Source: Escherichia coli
GTDB taxonomy: Bacteria; Pseudomonadota; Gammaproteobacteria; Enterobacterales; Enterobacteriaceae
Length of the DNA stretch: 64,000 bases
Direction: 5' to 3' (one strand)
Assembly (NCBI RefSeq): GCF_013122565.1
Contig: NZ_CP053258.1
Part shown: positions 8,876 to 19,628 of the stretch, in pieces
Position numbering within the stretch: position 1 is the stretch's first letter
How the letters are laid out: every line of letters starts with the position of its first letter
Position numbers and translations under genes: made by a program
Notes under the pieces: model-generated
Databases searched by the model: none
Seen by the model: the letters and a program-made list of their open reading frames with translations, nothing else
Told to the model about the DNA's origin: nothing

Positions 8876-10228
8876 TTACTGATGAGATTGGGTAAGTTCA
8901 GCAATAGTGCTGGAAAATTGAGGTAGATGTTTTTTATGGGCAATGATCAGTTCACGCACTAATTTTTCAGCGTCGTTATCCGAGGTCATTAGCGGGTTAA
9001 GACACAGAGCCAGCAGCGTATCGTTAAAGTTACCACTTATTGCCGCCCGGGCTGCCGCAATCTCAAAACATTTGATTGAATGAATGAGCCCCAGTACATT
9101 TTCGTCAAAATGAGTGAGACGCGGGTGGGGGGTAACACCGTTATTCCCCAGAATGCAGGTCATTTCAACGGTCCAGTCTTCAGGGATATTTTTTACACTG
9201 CCCTTGTGTGGAATATTAACGTAGTGTTCTGTTTGCGTGTCATTATAAATTGCATTAATAACGGCACAGGCTGCATCTGAATAATACGCACCACCACGCA
9301 GATCCAGTTCTTCAGGTTTTGTATTTAGTTCTGGGTCCTTATACAGCTCAAATAATTTCTTCTCTAATGCCTGCACGACTTGTGCACGAACGCCATTTTT
9401 ATAAAATTCCCCCATCTCAATGGCGAGCATTTCTTTATGTTTAAAATAGTAACGTAAGTAAGCACAGGGCAGGAGATTAAGTGCCCGAATTAAATTAGGA
9501 TTGAAGGTTAAACTGTCAATATTTTTGACGGTACTTCCTTCAAGCAGACCTTCAACGACGCCATCGAGCAATTCAGCAAAACGTGATTGTCCATTGACCC
9601 ATACGTCTTTAAGAAAGACCATATGATTTAAGCCAAATATGTCTATTGAAAGATCATCGTCCGCGCCAAGTTTTAGGGCATTGCGAACGAAGCTCTTCAT
9701 CCCAACAGGGACATTACAGACACCGATAAACCGTTTAAATTGGGTATGGCGGTACACGGCTTCAGTGACCATCCCGGCAGGATTGGTGAAATTAATAATC
9801 CAGGCATCGGGGCAAAGTTCTTCTACATCTTTGATAATATGAAAGATCACGGGGATGGTACGCAATCCGTTGAATAAACCGCCTGCGCCATTGGTTTCTT
9901 GCCCCAGATATCCCTGACTTAGTGGCATCAACTCATCCATTTCCCGCGCTTTTAATTGCCCGACCCGAAACTGTGTGGTGACAAAGTGCGCGCCCTGTAA
10001 TGCTGTGCGGCGGTCCAGGGTTTTCACTATTTTTAACGGAATGCCTGCTTTGACTACCATTCGCTGACAAAGGTCGAAAATAATGTCCAGCTTTTCTTTG
10101 CCTTCTTCAATATCAACTAGCCATAATTCACTGACCGGTAATTCATCGTAGCGTTTTATGAATCCTTCAAGGAGTTCTGGCGTATAGCTACTGCCACCGC
10201 CAATAGTAACGATTTTTAAATTTTTCAT
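8876..10228 (-). CDS. Glycoside hydrolase family 4 6-phospho-beta-glucosidase, ChbF paralogue (450 aa)
   Basis: MKNLKIVTIGGGSSYTPELLEGFIKRYDELPVSELWLVD... GH4 NAD-binding N-terminus with high similarity to ChbF along its length. Confidence 0.8.
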   Translation of the reverse strand: MKNLKIVTIGGGSSYTPELLEGFIKRYDELPVSELWLVDIEEGKEKLDIIFDLCQRMVVKAGIPLKIVKTLDRRTALQGAHFVTTQFRVGQLKAREMDELMPLSQGYLGQETNGAGGLFNGLRTIPVIFHIIKDVEELCPDAWIINFTNPAGMVTEAVYRHTQFKRFIGVCNVPVGMKSFVRNALKLGADDDLSIDIFGLNHMVFLKDVWVNGQSRFAELLDGVVEGLLEGSTVKNIDSLTFNPNLIRALNLLPCAYLRYYFKHKEMLAIEMGEFYKNGVRAQVVQALEKKLFELYKDPELNTKPEELDLRGGAYYSDAACAVINAIYNDTQTEHYVNIPHKGSVKNIPEDWTVEMTCILGNNGVTPHPRLTHFDENVLGLIHSIKCFEIAAARAAISGNFNDTLLALCLNPLMTSDNDAEKLVRELIIAHKKHLPQFSSTIAELTQSHQ

Positions 10229-10305
10229 GTTACTTCCATACTCAATATTAAATTGACTTGTGATTCCATGTTTTTATCTAAACCTTGGCATGAAGACGCG
10301 TCCTA

Positions 10306-11667
10306 TTAAAACTTCAACGCATTTGCTATATCTTCTTCGCTTTCTTCTTTATTAATTTCGACTTGTGCTTTGTTTGAGATAATGACAAAGGGAAGATAAA
10401 CCATTGTGGCAACACCTAAGTTAAAGAGTGCCAGGAGTAATCCAGCAATGCTCCCATTTGAACTGAAGAATGCATTAAGTCCAGGGGGCATGGTCCAGGG
10501 GGCGATATTTGTTGATGGCGGAATAATACCCATGTTATAGGCGATTAAGGTAATCCCGGCGAGAATGGGTTGAATCATCACAAACGGAATTAACATAATG
10601 GGATTCATAATGATCGGCAAACCAAATAAAATAGGTTCGTTGATATTAAAGATACCAGAAGGTAACGCTAATTTAGCAACCTGACGATAATCCTCCCGGC
10701 GTGAGGCAATGAAAATAGCGAAAATGAGTCCCAGCGTTGCTCCTGTTCCACCGAGGAATACGTAAGCGTCAAGCATTGGCCCGGTCCAGAAATGGAAGGT
10801 TTTTCCTGCTTCCAGTGCCGCTTGTACCGAACCATATTGTGTATAAGTCGCAATATTTTCCAGACCCCAGGGACCCAGCGTGCTGCTTTGTAACGCAGTT
10901 AATACTAAACCGCCGTGGATACCAAAGAACCATAACAGGGAATTAAAGACAACGAATGTCCAGCCAACAATACTGCTCATTGACGTTAATGGCGTAGCCA
11001 GTGAGGTGATAATGACCTGATGGAAATTGGTGCCATATATCGACAATATGCCAGATAAACTCCCCATAATTAACAGGATAATAAACCCAGGCACCATTGC
11101 CGAGAATGAGCGTGATACTGCTGCCGGGACACTCGCGGGTAAACGAATCACCCAGTTGCGACGGATAATAAAAGCGAAAATTTCCGCTACAACTAATCCA
11201 ATGATCATACCAGACAGGATATTGGCTCCCCCCAGCCAGTTTGCGCCAATGACATTAGCAGTTTCTCCTGCTTTGAAGGGGGTGACGGTCATAAACGCTG
11301 CGACAGAGAGTAAGCCAACGGATAACGAATCAACTTTCCGTTCTTCGGCCAACCCCATCCCAATAAAAAAGGGGGTCATGAGTGACATAATGCCCAGCGT
11401 GCCATGATAAGCACTGTCACCGACGACGGTGAAGGCGCTTAAGGTTTTTATGGTCGATGGTTCCAGTCGGACGCCTAATGAATAAAAAAAGGAGCCTTCG
11501 CCAAAATCTAAAAAAACGCTATTAATGAGAACAAATAACGTACCGGCTAACGTTAATGGCATCATACGGATAAAACCGTTTTTTATTGCATTGACGTGAG
11601 GTTGTTTCCCTAATTTAACTGCAAAAGGAAGAATGAGTTTTTCAAGTAACGCCATCACTCCGGGCAT
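10306..11667 (-). CDS. PTS lactose/cellobiose-family EIIC permease, ChbC paralogue (453 aa)
   Basis: [35 protein letters not shown]... highly similar to ChbC; polytopic membrane protein. Confidence 0.8.
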   Translation of the reverse strand: MPGVMALLEKLILPFAVKLGKQPHVNAIKNGFIRMMPLTLAGTLFVLINSVFLDFGEGSFFYSLGVRLEPSTIKTLSAFTVVGDSAYHGTLGIMSLMTPFFIGMGLAEERKVDSLSVGLLSVAAFMTVTPFKAGETANVIGANWLGGANILSGMIIGLVVAEIFAFIIRRNWVIRLPASVPAAVSRSFSAMVPGFIILLIMGSLSGILSIYGTNFHQVIITSLATPLTSMSSIVGWTFVVFNSLLWFFGIHGGLVLTALQSSTLGPWGLENIATYTQYGSVQAALEAGKTFHFWTGPMLDAYVFLGGTGATLGLIFAIFIASRREDYRQVAKLALPSGIFNINEPILFGLPIIMNPIMLIPFVMIQPILAGITLIAYNMGIIPPSTNIAPWTMPPGLNAFFSSNGSIAGLLLALFNLGVATMVYLPFVIISNKAQVEINKEESEEDIANALKF

Positions 11668-11741
11668 AAAAATATCCTTATATACCGATTAATGTATCAC
11701 TTTGATTATTGTTGTAGATCAATCCTATTGATAGGGTAGGG

Positions 11742-12059
11742 TTACTTCTGTTGTTTTTTTATCATGGCAATGGCAGATTTTAATACGCCTAAACCATCAA
11801 TTTTCCCATATAACATTGAATCTATAACTTCCACTGGCTTTCCAGGTAATAAGCTTTGGATCTCTGATTGCATATAAGCAATTTGCGGTCCTAATAATAT
11901 AACATCAGCTTCCGGACCTTTCTCTGCAGCAACAGATTCGGAGAATGCTTCAATAATTACCGGCACATCATATTTTATTGCCTGCACTTTCATCTTAGAA
12001 ACTAGCAGAGATGTTGACATTCCCGCCGAGCAAAATAAATATATTCTTTTCTTTTCCAT
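11742..12059 (-). CDS. PTS lactose/cellobiose-family EIIB, ChbB paralogue (about 105 aa)
   Basis: ORF 11742-12122; likely start [23 protein letters not shown] with the phosphorylatable Cys in the CSAGMSTS motif. Confidence 0.78.
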   Translation of the reverse strand: MEKKRIYLFCSAGMSTSLLVSKMKVQAIKYDVPVIIEAFSESVAAEKGPEADVILLGPQIAYMQSEIQSLLPGKPVEVIDSMLYGKIDGLGVLKSAIAMIKKQQK

Positions 12060-12449
12060 AGGGACTCCGGATATATTAAGGTATAATATATTTGTCATGC
12101 CATAAATGGCATATAATGCCACTTATAATTAATAAAACACCGATTTTTATATTGATTTCCTGAATGTCGTCTTTAGGTATTAATCTCAGGAGTTTCAGGA
12201 ACCATTGAATAATCTGGTTTATAGAATTGAATGTCAAGTTAGTGAAATGGTGGGAGTGCGGTAATAAAAATAGTGCGGCTTTCGGTTGGTTTCTTTTTTA
12301 TCAGAACGAAAAGTACAGTTAAAATGATTTCTGGATAAATTGAAGTTTTTTCAATGAATTACATTTTTGTCTGCCCGTGGGAATGAAAAAAACAATAATC
12401 AAAAAATACTTTAGATATGTGAGCGTTATCACTTCCTTTTTGTTGGGAA

Positions 12450-12485
12450 AACGGGGAAACACAGTCTCCCCATTTTCCGTTCATG
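12450..12485 (-). terminator. Rho-independent terminator downstream of garD
   Basis: On the minus strand: GGGGAGACTGTGTTTCCCC hairpin followed by GTTTTCC, immediately after the garD stop. Confidence 0.5.
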
Positions 12486-12493
12486 CGAGGTCG

Positions 12494-14065
12494 TCAGGTC
12501 ACCGGTGCCGGGTTAAACACAGCCAGCTGGTTATGCAGTCCCCATTGATCCGAGAAGGTTTTCTTCTTCCCGCTGGCGACGTCGAGAATAAAGTGGAACA
12601 GCTTCCAGCCCACTTGTTCAATGGTCTCTTCGCCGGTAGCGATAGTACCCGCATTAATATCCATTAAATCAAACCAGCGGTTCGCCAGCTCGGTGCGGGT
12701 CGCCATTTTAATGACGGGTACCGCCATCAGGCCGTACGGCGTACCACGGCCGGTCGTAAACACTTGCACTGTGATACCCGAAGCCACCTGTTGCGTGCCA
12801 CAGACAAAATCGCTGGCTGGCGTCGCGGCGTAAATTAATCCGCGTTTAGTCGGACGTTGACCGGGCGACAGCACTTCAACAATTGCGCTTTTACCCGATT
12901 TAGCAATGGAGCCGAGCGCTTTCTCCACCACATTTGCCAGACCGCCTTTCTTGTTGCCCGGCGAAGGGTTGGCGCTGCGGTCGGTTTTTCCCATATTGAG
13001 ATAGTTATCGTACCACTCCATCTCCTCAAGCAGCCGTTTGCCGACCTCTTCGTTCACTGCGCGTGGTGTCAGCAGATGGATCGCGTCACGCACTTCCGTG
13101 ACTTCTGAGAACATCACCGTTGCGCCGCAGCGCACCAGTAGATCAGACGCATACCCAACCGCCGGGTTTGCCGTTACGCCAGAAAAGGCATCGCTGCCAC
13201 CGCACTGCATGCCGACAACCAGTTCTGAAGCCGGACAGGTTTCTCGCTGACGTTGATTCAGTTTTTGTAGATGGCGTTCGGCGACCTGCAAAATATCCTC
13301 GACCATGGACTGAAAACCGACATGCTTTTCATCCTGCAAACTGACAATGCTGGCGCTTTCTACTGGAATAGCTTGCACATCATCCGTTCCAGTCAGCAGG
13401 CGCTCAGGCTGCAACTTTTCACAACCCAGGCCAATCACCATTACTTCGCCGCCAAAGTTAGGGTTCAGCGAAATATTGTGAATGGTACGAATAGGCACAA
13501 CTGCCGCCGGTGCGTTAATCGCCACGCCACAACCGTACAAATGATTCAGCCCCACCACGCCATCGACGTTCGGGTATTTCGGTAGCAGATCGCGTTCAAT
13601 GATTTTTACTACATAGTCCACCACGCCTGCCACACAGTGGACGCTGGTGGTGATGCCGAGCAGGTTTTTGGTGCCCACGCTGCCATCGGCATTGCGATAG
13701 CCCTCAAAGGTGTATCCTTCCAGTGGCGGTAAGGGTTCCGGGACTTTGGTTGCCAGTGGCAGCGTGTGTAACGGCGGCGCTTCCGGTAGTACAACCATTG
13801 ATTCGTCGATCCAGCTTCCGCGTGGGATTGCACGCACGGCGTAACCAATCACTTCGCCATAACGAATAATTTCACCATTAGCCGGAATGTTGAGCAATGC
13901 GACTTTATGCCCCTGGGGAATATGTTCAATTAATTCCAGCCCATCCGGAAAACGCGTTCCTGCTTTCAGGCCATTATCATTAACAATAATTGCCACATTA
14001 TCTGTGTCGTGAACTTTTATATAAAACGCAGTTGGCGTTTCTTGTCTGATTTCGATGTTGGCCAT
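12494..14065 (-). CDS. garD: Galactarate dehydratase (523 aa)
   Basis: 523-aa [39 protein letters not shown]..., SAF domain plus altronate/galactarate dehydratase family; divergent from garP. Confidence 0.9.
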   Translation of the reverse strand: MANIEIRQETPTAFYIKVHDTDNVAIIVNDNGLKAGTRFPDGLELIEHIPQGHKVALLNIPANGEIIRYGEVIGYAVRAIPRGSWIDESMVVLPEAPPLHTLPLATKVPEPLPPLEGYTFEGYRNADGSVGTKNLLGITTSVHCVAGVVDYVVKIIERDLLPKYPNVDGVVGLNHLYGCGVAINAPAAVVPIRTIHNISLNPNFGGEVMVIGLGCEKLQPERLLTGTDDVQAIPVESASIVSLQDEKHVGFQSMVEDILQVAERHLQKLNQRQRETCPASELVVGMQCGGSDAFSGVTANPAVGYASDLLVRCGATVMFSEVTEVRDAIHLLTPRAVNEEVGKRLLEEMEWYDNYLNMGKTDRSANPSPGNKKGGLANVVEKALGSIAKSGKSAIVEVLSPGQRPTKRGLIYAATPASDFVCGTQQVASGITVQVFTTGRGTPYGLMAVPVIKMATRTELANRWFDLMDINAGTIATGEETIEQVGWKLFHFILDVASGKKKTFSDQWGLHNQLAVFNPAPVT

Positions 14066-14439
14066 TGTGCAATATTCTCCAGCCAGGGGTTATTAAAATG
14101 AGGACCTGGTCTCATTTAAAAATAAATGACTTCATTGGGTGAAATAAGAATGTCAGGAGTTTAAACGCAGAAATGTGATCAATGTCAATCATTTCAGGGA
14201 TTGCAGTGCCGCCCGGCAAGGTAAAGCGCAAATCTGTGCTTTAGCGCGCAACCTTATGTGCATATGCTCAAAATAATATTTAAATAGTATTAATTAAATT
14301 AGCATTTGCACAATGATTATTATTCTCGCGCTGCTTATACTAATTCCCGAGTTCATTGTCGTTACGGCATAAATGAAACTCATAAATAACACCTTCCCCA
14401 TAATAATAAAAATCAGCATAAGTACCCGAGGTAAATAAA

Positions 14440-15774
14440 ATGATTCTGGACACCGTTGACGAAAAAAAGAAAGGCGTGCATACCCGCTATTTAATATTAC
14501 TGATTATTTTTATTGTTACCGCCGTTAACTACGCCGATCGTGCAACGCTGTCTATTGCTGGTACCGAAGTAGCAAAAGAGTTGCAGTTAAGTGCGGTTTC
14601 GATGGGTTACATCTTTTCTGCTTTTGGCTGGGCCTACTTGCTGATGCAAATCCCCGGCGGCTGGCTGCTTGATAAGTTTGGCTCGAAAAAAGTTTACACC
14701 TACAGCCTCTTTTTCTGGTCGCTATTCACCTTCCTGCAAGGCTTTGTTGATATGTTCCCGCTGGCCTGGGCAGGGATCTCCATGTTCTTTATGCGCTTTA
14801 TGCTCGGCTTCTCGGAAGCGCCATCATTCCCGGCGAACGCCCGTATTGTCGCCGCCTGGTTCCCGACGAAAGAACGTGGTACTGCCTCCGCCATCTTTAA
14901 CTCGGCACAATATTTCTCGCTGGCGCTCTTTTCGCCTCTGCTTGGCTGGCTGACTTTCGCCTGGGGCTGGGAGCACGTCTTTACCGTTATGGGGGTGATT
15001 GGTTTTGTGCTGACGGCGCTGTGGATCAAATTGATTCATAACCCGACAGATCACCCACGTATGTCTGCGGAAGAGCTGAAGTTTATCTCTGAAAATGGCG
15101 CGGTGGTCGATATGGACCACAAAAAGCCGGGCAGTGCGGCAGCAAGCGGACCCAAACTGCATTACATCAAGCAATTGCTCTCTAACCGCATGATGCTTGG
15201 CGTATTTTTCGGACAATATTTTATCAACACCATCACCTGGTTCTTCCTCACCTGGTTCCCGATTTATCTGGTGCAGGAAAAAGGTATGTCGATTCTGAAA
15301 GTGGGTCTGGTCGCCTCGATTCCAGCACTGTGTGGTTTTGCGGGCGGCGTTCTGGGAGGTGTCTTCTCGGATTATCTGATCAAACGCGGTTTATCCCTGA
15401 CCCTGGCACGTAAGCTACCGATTGTGCTGGGAATGTTGCTGGCTTCCACCATCATCTTATGTAACTACACCAACAACACCACGCTGGTGGTCATGCTGAT
15501 GGCGCTGGCTTTCTTTGGCAAAGGATTTGGTGCGCTGGGCTGGCCGGTGATTTCTGACACCGCGCCGAAAGAGATTGTTGGCCTCTGCGGCGGCGTCTTT
15601 AACGTCTTTGGCAATGTTGCCTCCATTGTCACTCCACTGGTGATTGGCTACCTGGTAAGTGAACTGCACTCCTTCAATGCAGCACTGGTTTTCGTGGGAT
15701 GTTCAGCGCTGATGGCGATGGTCTGCTACCTCTTCGTAGTTGGCGACATTAAACGTATGGAATTGCAGAAATAA
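14440..15774 (+). CDS. garP: Galactarate/glucarate MFS transporter (444 aa)
   Basis: 444-aa polytopic MFS ORF, first gene of garPLRK. Confidence 0.88.
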   Translation: MILDTVDEKKKGVHTRYLILLIIFIVTAVNYADRATLSIAGTEVAKELQLSAVSMGYIFSAFGWAYLLMQIPGGWLLDKFGSKKVYTYSLFFWSLFTFLQGFVDMFPLAWAGISMFFMRFMLGFSEAPSFPANARIVAAWFPTKERGTASAIFNSAQYFSLALFSPLLGWLTFAWGWEHVFTVMGVIGFVLTALWIKLIHNPTDHPRMSAEELKFISENGAVVDMDHKKPGSAAASGPKLHYIKQLLSNRMMLGVFFGQYFINTITWFFLTWFPIYLVQEKGMSILKVGLVASIPALCGFAGGVLGGVFSDYLIKRGLSLTLARKLPIVLGMLLASTIILCNYTNNTTLVVMLMALAFFGKGFGALGWPVISDTAPKEIVGLCGGVFNVFGNVASIVTPLVIGYLVSELHSFNAALVFVGCSALMAMVCYLFVVGDIKRMELQK

Positions 15775-15789
15775 GCAAAGGTATAAGCG

Positions 15790-16560
15790 ATGAATAACGA
15801 TGTTTTCCCGAATAAATTCAAAGCCGCACTGGCTGCGAAACAGGTACAAATTGGTTGCTGGTCAGCACTCTCTAACCCGATTAGCACTGAAGTTCTTGGT
15901 TTGGCTGGGTTTGACTGGCTGGTGCTGGATGGCGAACATGCGCCAAACGATATCTCCACGTTTATTCCGCAGTTAATGGCCCTGAAAGGCAGCGCCAGCG
16001 CGCCAGTAGTACGAGTGCCGACCAACGAGCCGGTAATTATTAAGCGTCTTCTGGATATCGGTTTCTATAACTTCCTGATTCCTTTTGTAGAAACAAAAGA
16101 GGAAGCAGAGCAGGCGGTGGCATCAACGCGTTACCCACCGGAAGGCATTCGCGGCGTCTCCGTTTCTCACCGCGCCAATATGTTTGGCACCGTGGCGGAT
16201 TATTTCGCTCAGTCGAACAAGAACATCACTATTCTGGTCCAGATAGAAAGTCAGCAGGGCGTAGATAACGTCGATGCCATTGCCGCTACCGAAGGCGTAG
16301 ACGGCATCTTCGTCGGCCCCAGCGATCTGGCTGCGGCATTGGGCCATCTCGGCAATGCCTCGCACCCGGATGTACAAAAAGCAATTCAGCACATTTTTAA
16401 CCGTGCCAGCGCGCACGGCAAACCCAGCGGTATCCTCGCGCCGGTCGAAGCCGATGCGCGTCGTTATCTGGAATGGGGCGCGACGTTTGTGGCTGTCGGC
16501 AGCGATCTCGGCGTCTTCCGCTCTGCCACTCAGAAACTGGCTGATACCTTTAAAAAATAA
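15790..16560 (+). CDS. garL: 5-keto-4-deoxy-D-glucarate aldolase (256 aa)
   Basis: 256-aa HpcH/HpaI-family aldolase, [24 protein letters not shown]... Confidence 0.88.
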
Positions 16561-16595
16561 CCACCACCGCAACAAGAGAGATGATTGATATGACT

Positions 16596-17480
16596 ATGAA
16601 AGTTGGTTTTATTGGCCTGGGGATTATGGGTAAACCAATGAGTAAAAACCTTCTGAAAGCAGGTTACTCGCTGGTGGTTGCTGACCGTAACCCAGAAGCT
16701 ATTGCTGACGTGATTGCTGCAGGTGCAGAAACAGCGTCTACGGCTAAAGCGATCGCTGAACAGTGCGACGTCATCATAACCATGCTGCCAAACTCCCCTC
16801 ATGTGAAAGAGGTGGCGCTGGGTGAGAATGGCATTATTGAAGGCGCGAAGCCAGGTACGGTATTGATCGATATGAGTTCTATCGCACCGCTGGCAAGCCG
16901 TGAAATCAGCGAAGCGCTGAAAGCGAAAGGCATTGATATGCTGGATGCTCCGGTGAGCGGCGGTGAACCGAAAGCCATCGACGGTACGCTGTCAGTGATG
17001 GTGGGCGGCGACAAGGCTATTTTCGACAAATACTATGATTTGATGAAAGCGATGGCGGGTTCCGTGGTGCATACCGGGGAAATCGGTGCAGGTAACGTCA
17101 CCAAACTGGCAAATCAGGTCATTGTGGCGCTGAATATTGCCGCGATGTCAGAAGCGTTAACGCTGGCAACCAAAGCGGGCGTTAACCCGGACCTGGTTTA
17201 TCAGGCAATTCGCGGTGGGCTGGCGGGCAGTACCGTGCTGGATGCCAAAGCGCCGATGGTGATGGACCGCAACTTCAAGCCGGGCTTCCGCATTGATCTG
17301 CATATTAAGGATCTGGCGAATGCGCTGGATACTTCTCACGGCGTCGGCGCACAACTGCCGCTCACAGCTGCGGTTATGGAGATGATGCAGGCACTGCGTG
17401 CAGATGGTTTAGGAACGGCGGATCATAGCGCCCTGGCGTGCTACTACGAAAAACTGGCGAAAGTCGAAGTTACTCGTTAA
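16596..17480 (+). CDS. garR: Tartronate semialdehyde reductase (294 aa; ORF opens at 16581)
   Basis: MKVGFIGLGIMGKPMSKNL NAD-binding motif of a 3-hydroxyisobutyrate-dehydrogenase-type protein. Confidence 0.88.
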   Translation: MKVGFIGLGIMGKPMSKNLLKAGYSLVVADRNPEAIADVIAAGAETASTAKAIAEQCDVIITMLPNSPHVKEVALGENGIIEGAKPGTVLIDMSSIAPLASREISEALKAKGIDMLDAPVSGGEPKAIDGTLSVMVGGDKAIFDKYYDLMKAMAGSVVHTGEIGAGNVTKLANQVIVALNIAAMSEALTLATKAGVNPDLVYQAIRGGLAGSTVLDAKAPMVMDRNFKPGFRIDLHIKDLANALDTSHGVGAQLPLTAAVMEMMQALRADGLGTADHSALACYYEKLAKVEVTR

Positions 17481-17576
17481 TGACGTCGTGCCCGGATGGC
17501 GTATTGCAATCCGGGCCTGGAATCCAGGCCGAATAAGAGAAACGCCCTCCGGCGTCATGTGGTAACAGGCATAGGT

Positions 17577-18722
17577 ATGAAAATCGTAATCGCCCCAGAC
17601 TCTTATAAAGAAAGTTTATCTGCCAGCGAGGTTGCGCAGGCGATAGAAAAAGGATTTCGGGAAATTTTTCCTGATGCACAGTACGTTTCTGTTCCTGTTG
17701 CCGACGGTGGCGAAGGAACGGTGGAAGCGATGATTGCAGCCACCCAGGGTTCCGAACGTCACGCCTGGGTTACAGGGCCGCTGGGCGAGAAAGTGAATGC
17801 CAGTTGGGGGATCTCCGGCGATGGCAAAACCGCGTTTATTGAAATGGCGGCGGCCAGTGGGCTGGAGCTGGTACCTGCGGAAAAACGCGATCCACTCGTG
17901 ACCACTTCACGCGGCACAGGCGAGTTAATCCTGCAGGCGCTGGAGAGCGGCGCGACAAACATTATTATCGGCATTGGCGGCAGCGCTACAAATGATGGCG
18001 GCGCAGGCATGGTACAGGCGCTGGGGGCGAAATTATGCGACGCCAACGGCAATGAAATTGGTTTTGGCGGCGGTAGTCTTAATACTCTGAATGATATTGA
18101 TATTTCCGGCCTCGATCCGCGCTTAAAAGATTGCGTCATTCGCGTCGCTTGTGATGTCACCAATCCGCTGGTGGGCGATAACGGCGCATCGCGCATCTTT
18201 GGCCCACAAAAGGGAGCCAGTGAAGCGATGATTGTTGAGCTGGACAATAACCTCTCTCACTATGCCGATGTCATTAAAAAAGCGCTGCAAGTTGATGTGA
18301 AAGATGTCCCCGGCGCAGGAGCTGCGGGTGGTATGGGCGCGGCGCTAATGGCGTTTCTTGGTGCGGAACTGAAAAGTGGTATTGAAATCGTCACTACGGC
18401 GCTGAATCTGGAGGAACATATTCACGATTGTACGCTGGTGATCACCGGTGAAGGGCGTATTGACAGCCAGAGTATTCACGGCAAGGTACCGATTGGTGTC
18501 GCAAACGTGGCGAAGAAGTACCATAAACCGGTGATTGGCATTGCGGGTAGCCTGACCGATGATGTTGGCGTTGTACATCAGCATGGCATTGATGCGGTCT
18601 TCAGCGTATTGACCAGCATAGGTACGTTGGACGAAGCATTCCGCGGGGCTTATGACAATATCTGCCGTGCTTCACGTAATATCGCCGCGACACTGGCGAT
18701 TGGAATGCGCAACGCGGGGTGA
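17577..18722 (+). CDS. garK: Glycerate 2-kinase (381 aa)
   Basis: ATG at 17577 (MKIVIAPDSYKESLSASEVAQAIEKGF...), glycerate kinase family, last gene of garPLRK. Confidence 0.88.
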   Translation: MKIVIAPDSYKESLSASEVAQAIEKGFREIFPDAQYVSVPVADGGEGTVEAMIAATQGSERHAWVTGPLGEKVNASWGISGDGKTAFIEMAAASGLELVPAEKRDPLVTTSRGTGELILQALESGATNIIIGIGGSATNDGGAGMVQALGAKLCDANGNEIGFGGGSLNTLNDIDISGLDPRLKDCVIRVACDVTNPLVGDNGASRIFGPQKGASEAMIVELDNNLSHYADVIKKALQVDVKDVPGAGAAGGMGAALMAFLGAELKSGIEIVTTALNLEEHIHDCTLVITGEGRIDSQSIHGKVPIGVANVAKKYHKPVIGIAGSLTDDVGVVHQHGIDAVFSVLTSIGTLDEAFRGAYDNICRASRNIAATLAIGMRNAG

Positions 18723-18747
18723 CAAGGGCGCGCAAACCCTCTATACT
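18719..18747 (+). promoter_or_regulatory. rnpB sigma70 promoter (-35 GTGACA, 17-nt spacer, -10 TATACT)
   Basis: GTGACA at 18719-18724 and TATACT at 18742-18747, 7 nt upstream of the M1 RNA 5' end. Overlaps the garK stop codon. Confidence 0.6.
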
Positions 18748-18754
18748 GCGCGCC

Positions 18755-19131
<377 letters not shown>

Positions 19132-19138
19132 GATTTAC

Positions 19139-19171
19139 GTAAAAACCCGCTTCGGCGGGTTTTTACTTTTG
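19139..19171 (+). terminator. rnpB rho-independent terminator
   Basis: AAAAACCCGCTTCGGCGGGTTTTTACTTTT hairpin with a T-tract. Confidence 0.8.
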
Positions 19172-19175
19172 GAAG

Positions 19176-19392
19176 GGGCAGAAAGATGAATGACTGTCCA
19201 CGACGCTATACCCAAAAGAAAGCGGCTTATCGGTCAGTTTCACCTGATGTAAGTAAAAACCCGCTTCGGCGGGTTTTTGCTTTTGGAGGGGCAGAAAGAT
19301 GAATGACTGTCCACGACACTATACCCAAAAGAAAGCGGCTTATCGGTCAGTTTCACCTGATGTACGTAATAAACCGTTCCGGCGGGTTTCAG
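19176..19392 (+). repeat. Two tandem ~113-bp direct repeats duplicating the rnpB 3' end and terminator
   Basis: GGCAGAAAGATGAATGACTGTCCACGAC...GGTCAGTTTCACCTGATGTA.GTAA.AACCCG.TTCGGCGGGTTT occurs twice after the genuine rnpB 3' end. Confidence 0.8.
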
Positions 19393-19413
19393 ATTGTTGA
19401 GTGCGCTTTATTC

Positions 19414-19513
19414 ATGCCGGATGCGGCGTGAACGCCTTATCCTGACTACAAAAGCACGCAAATTCAATATATTGCAGAGATGGCGTAGGCCTGATAAGCG
19501 TAGCGCATCAGGC
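19414..19513. repeat. REP/BIME element
   Basis: GCCGGATGCGGCGTGAACGCCTTATCC and AGGCCTGATAAGCGTAGCGCATCAGGC palindromic units. Confidence 0.75.
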
Positions 19514-19628
19514 ATTTTTGCGGTTGCCATCAGTTTCAAACCCGCATCGATAAGTTTTTGCTTTTGGTGCACAGGGTAAGATGAATATCTACGGTATTAA
19601 TAATAGACTTTGTAAGAAGTTATTAAGT

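Noticed and set aside
4577-12493. Mobile-element boundaries (integrase, transposase, IS, tRNA attachment site) for the two accessory islands (also 42290-47775)
   Set aside because: No transposase or integrase-like ORFs, inverted terminal repeats or tRNA genes were seen at either island border, so no mobile element is called; horizontal origin is inferred only from content and composition.
12377-12667. 96-aa plus-strand ORF spanning the garD 3' end
   Set aside because: Overlaps the garD terminator and stop region on the opposite strand; no ribosome-binding site and no recognisable domain.
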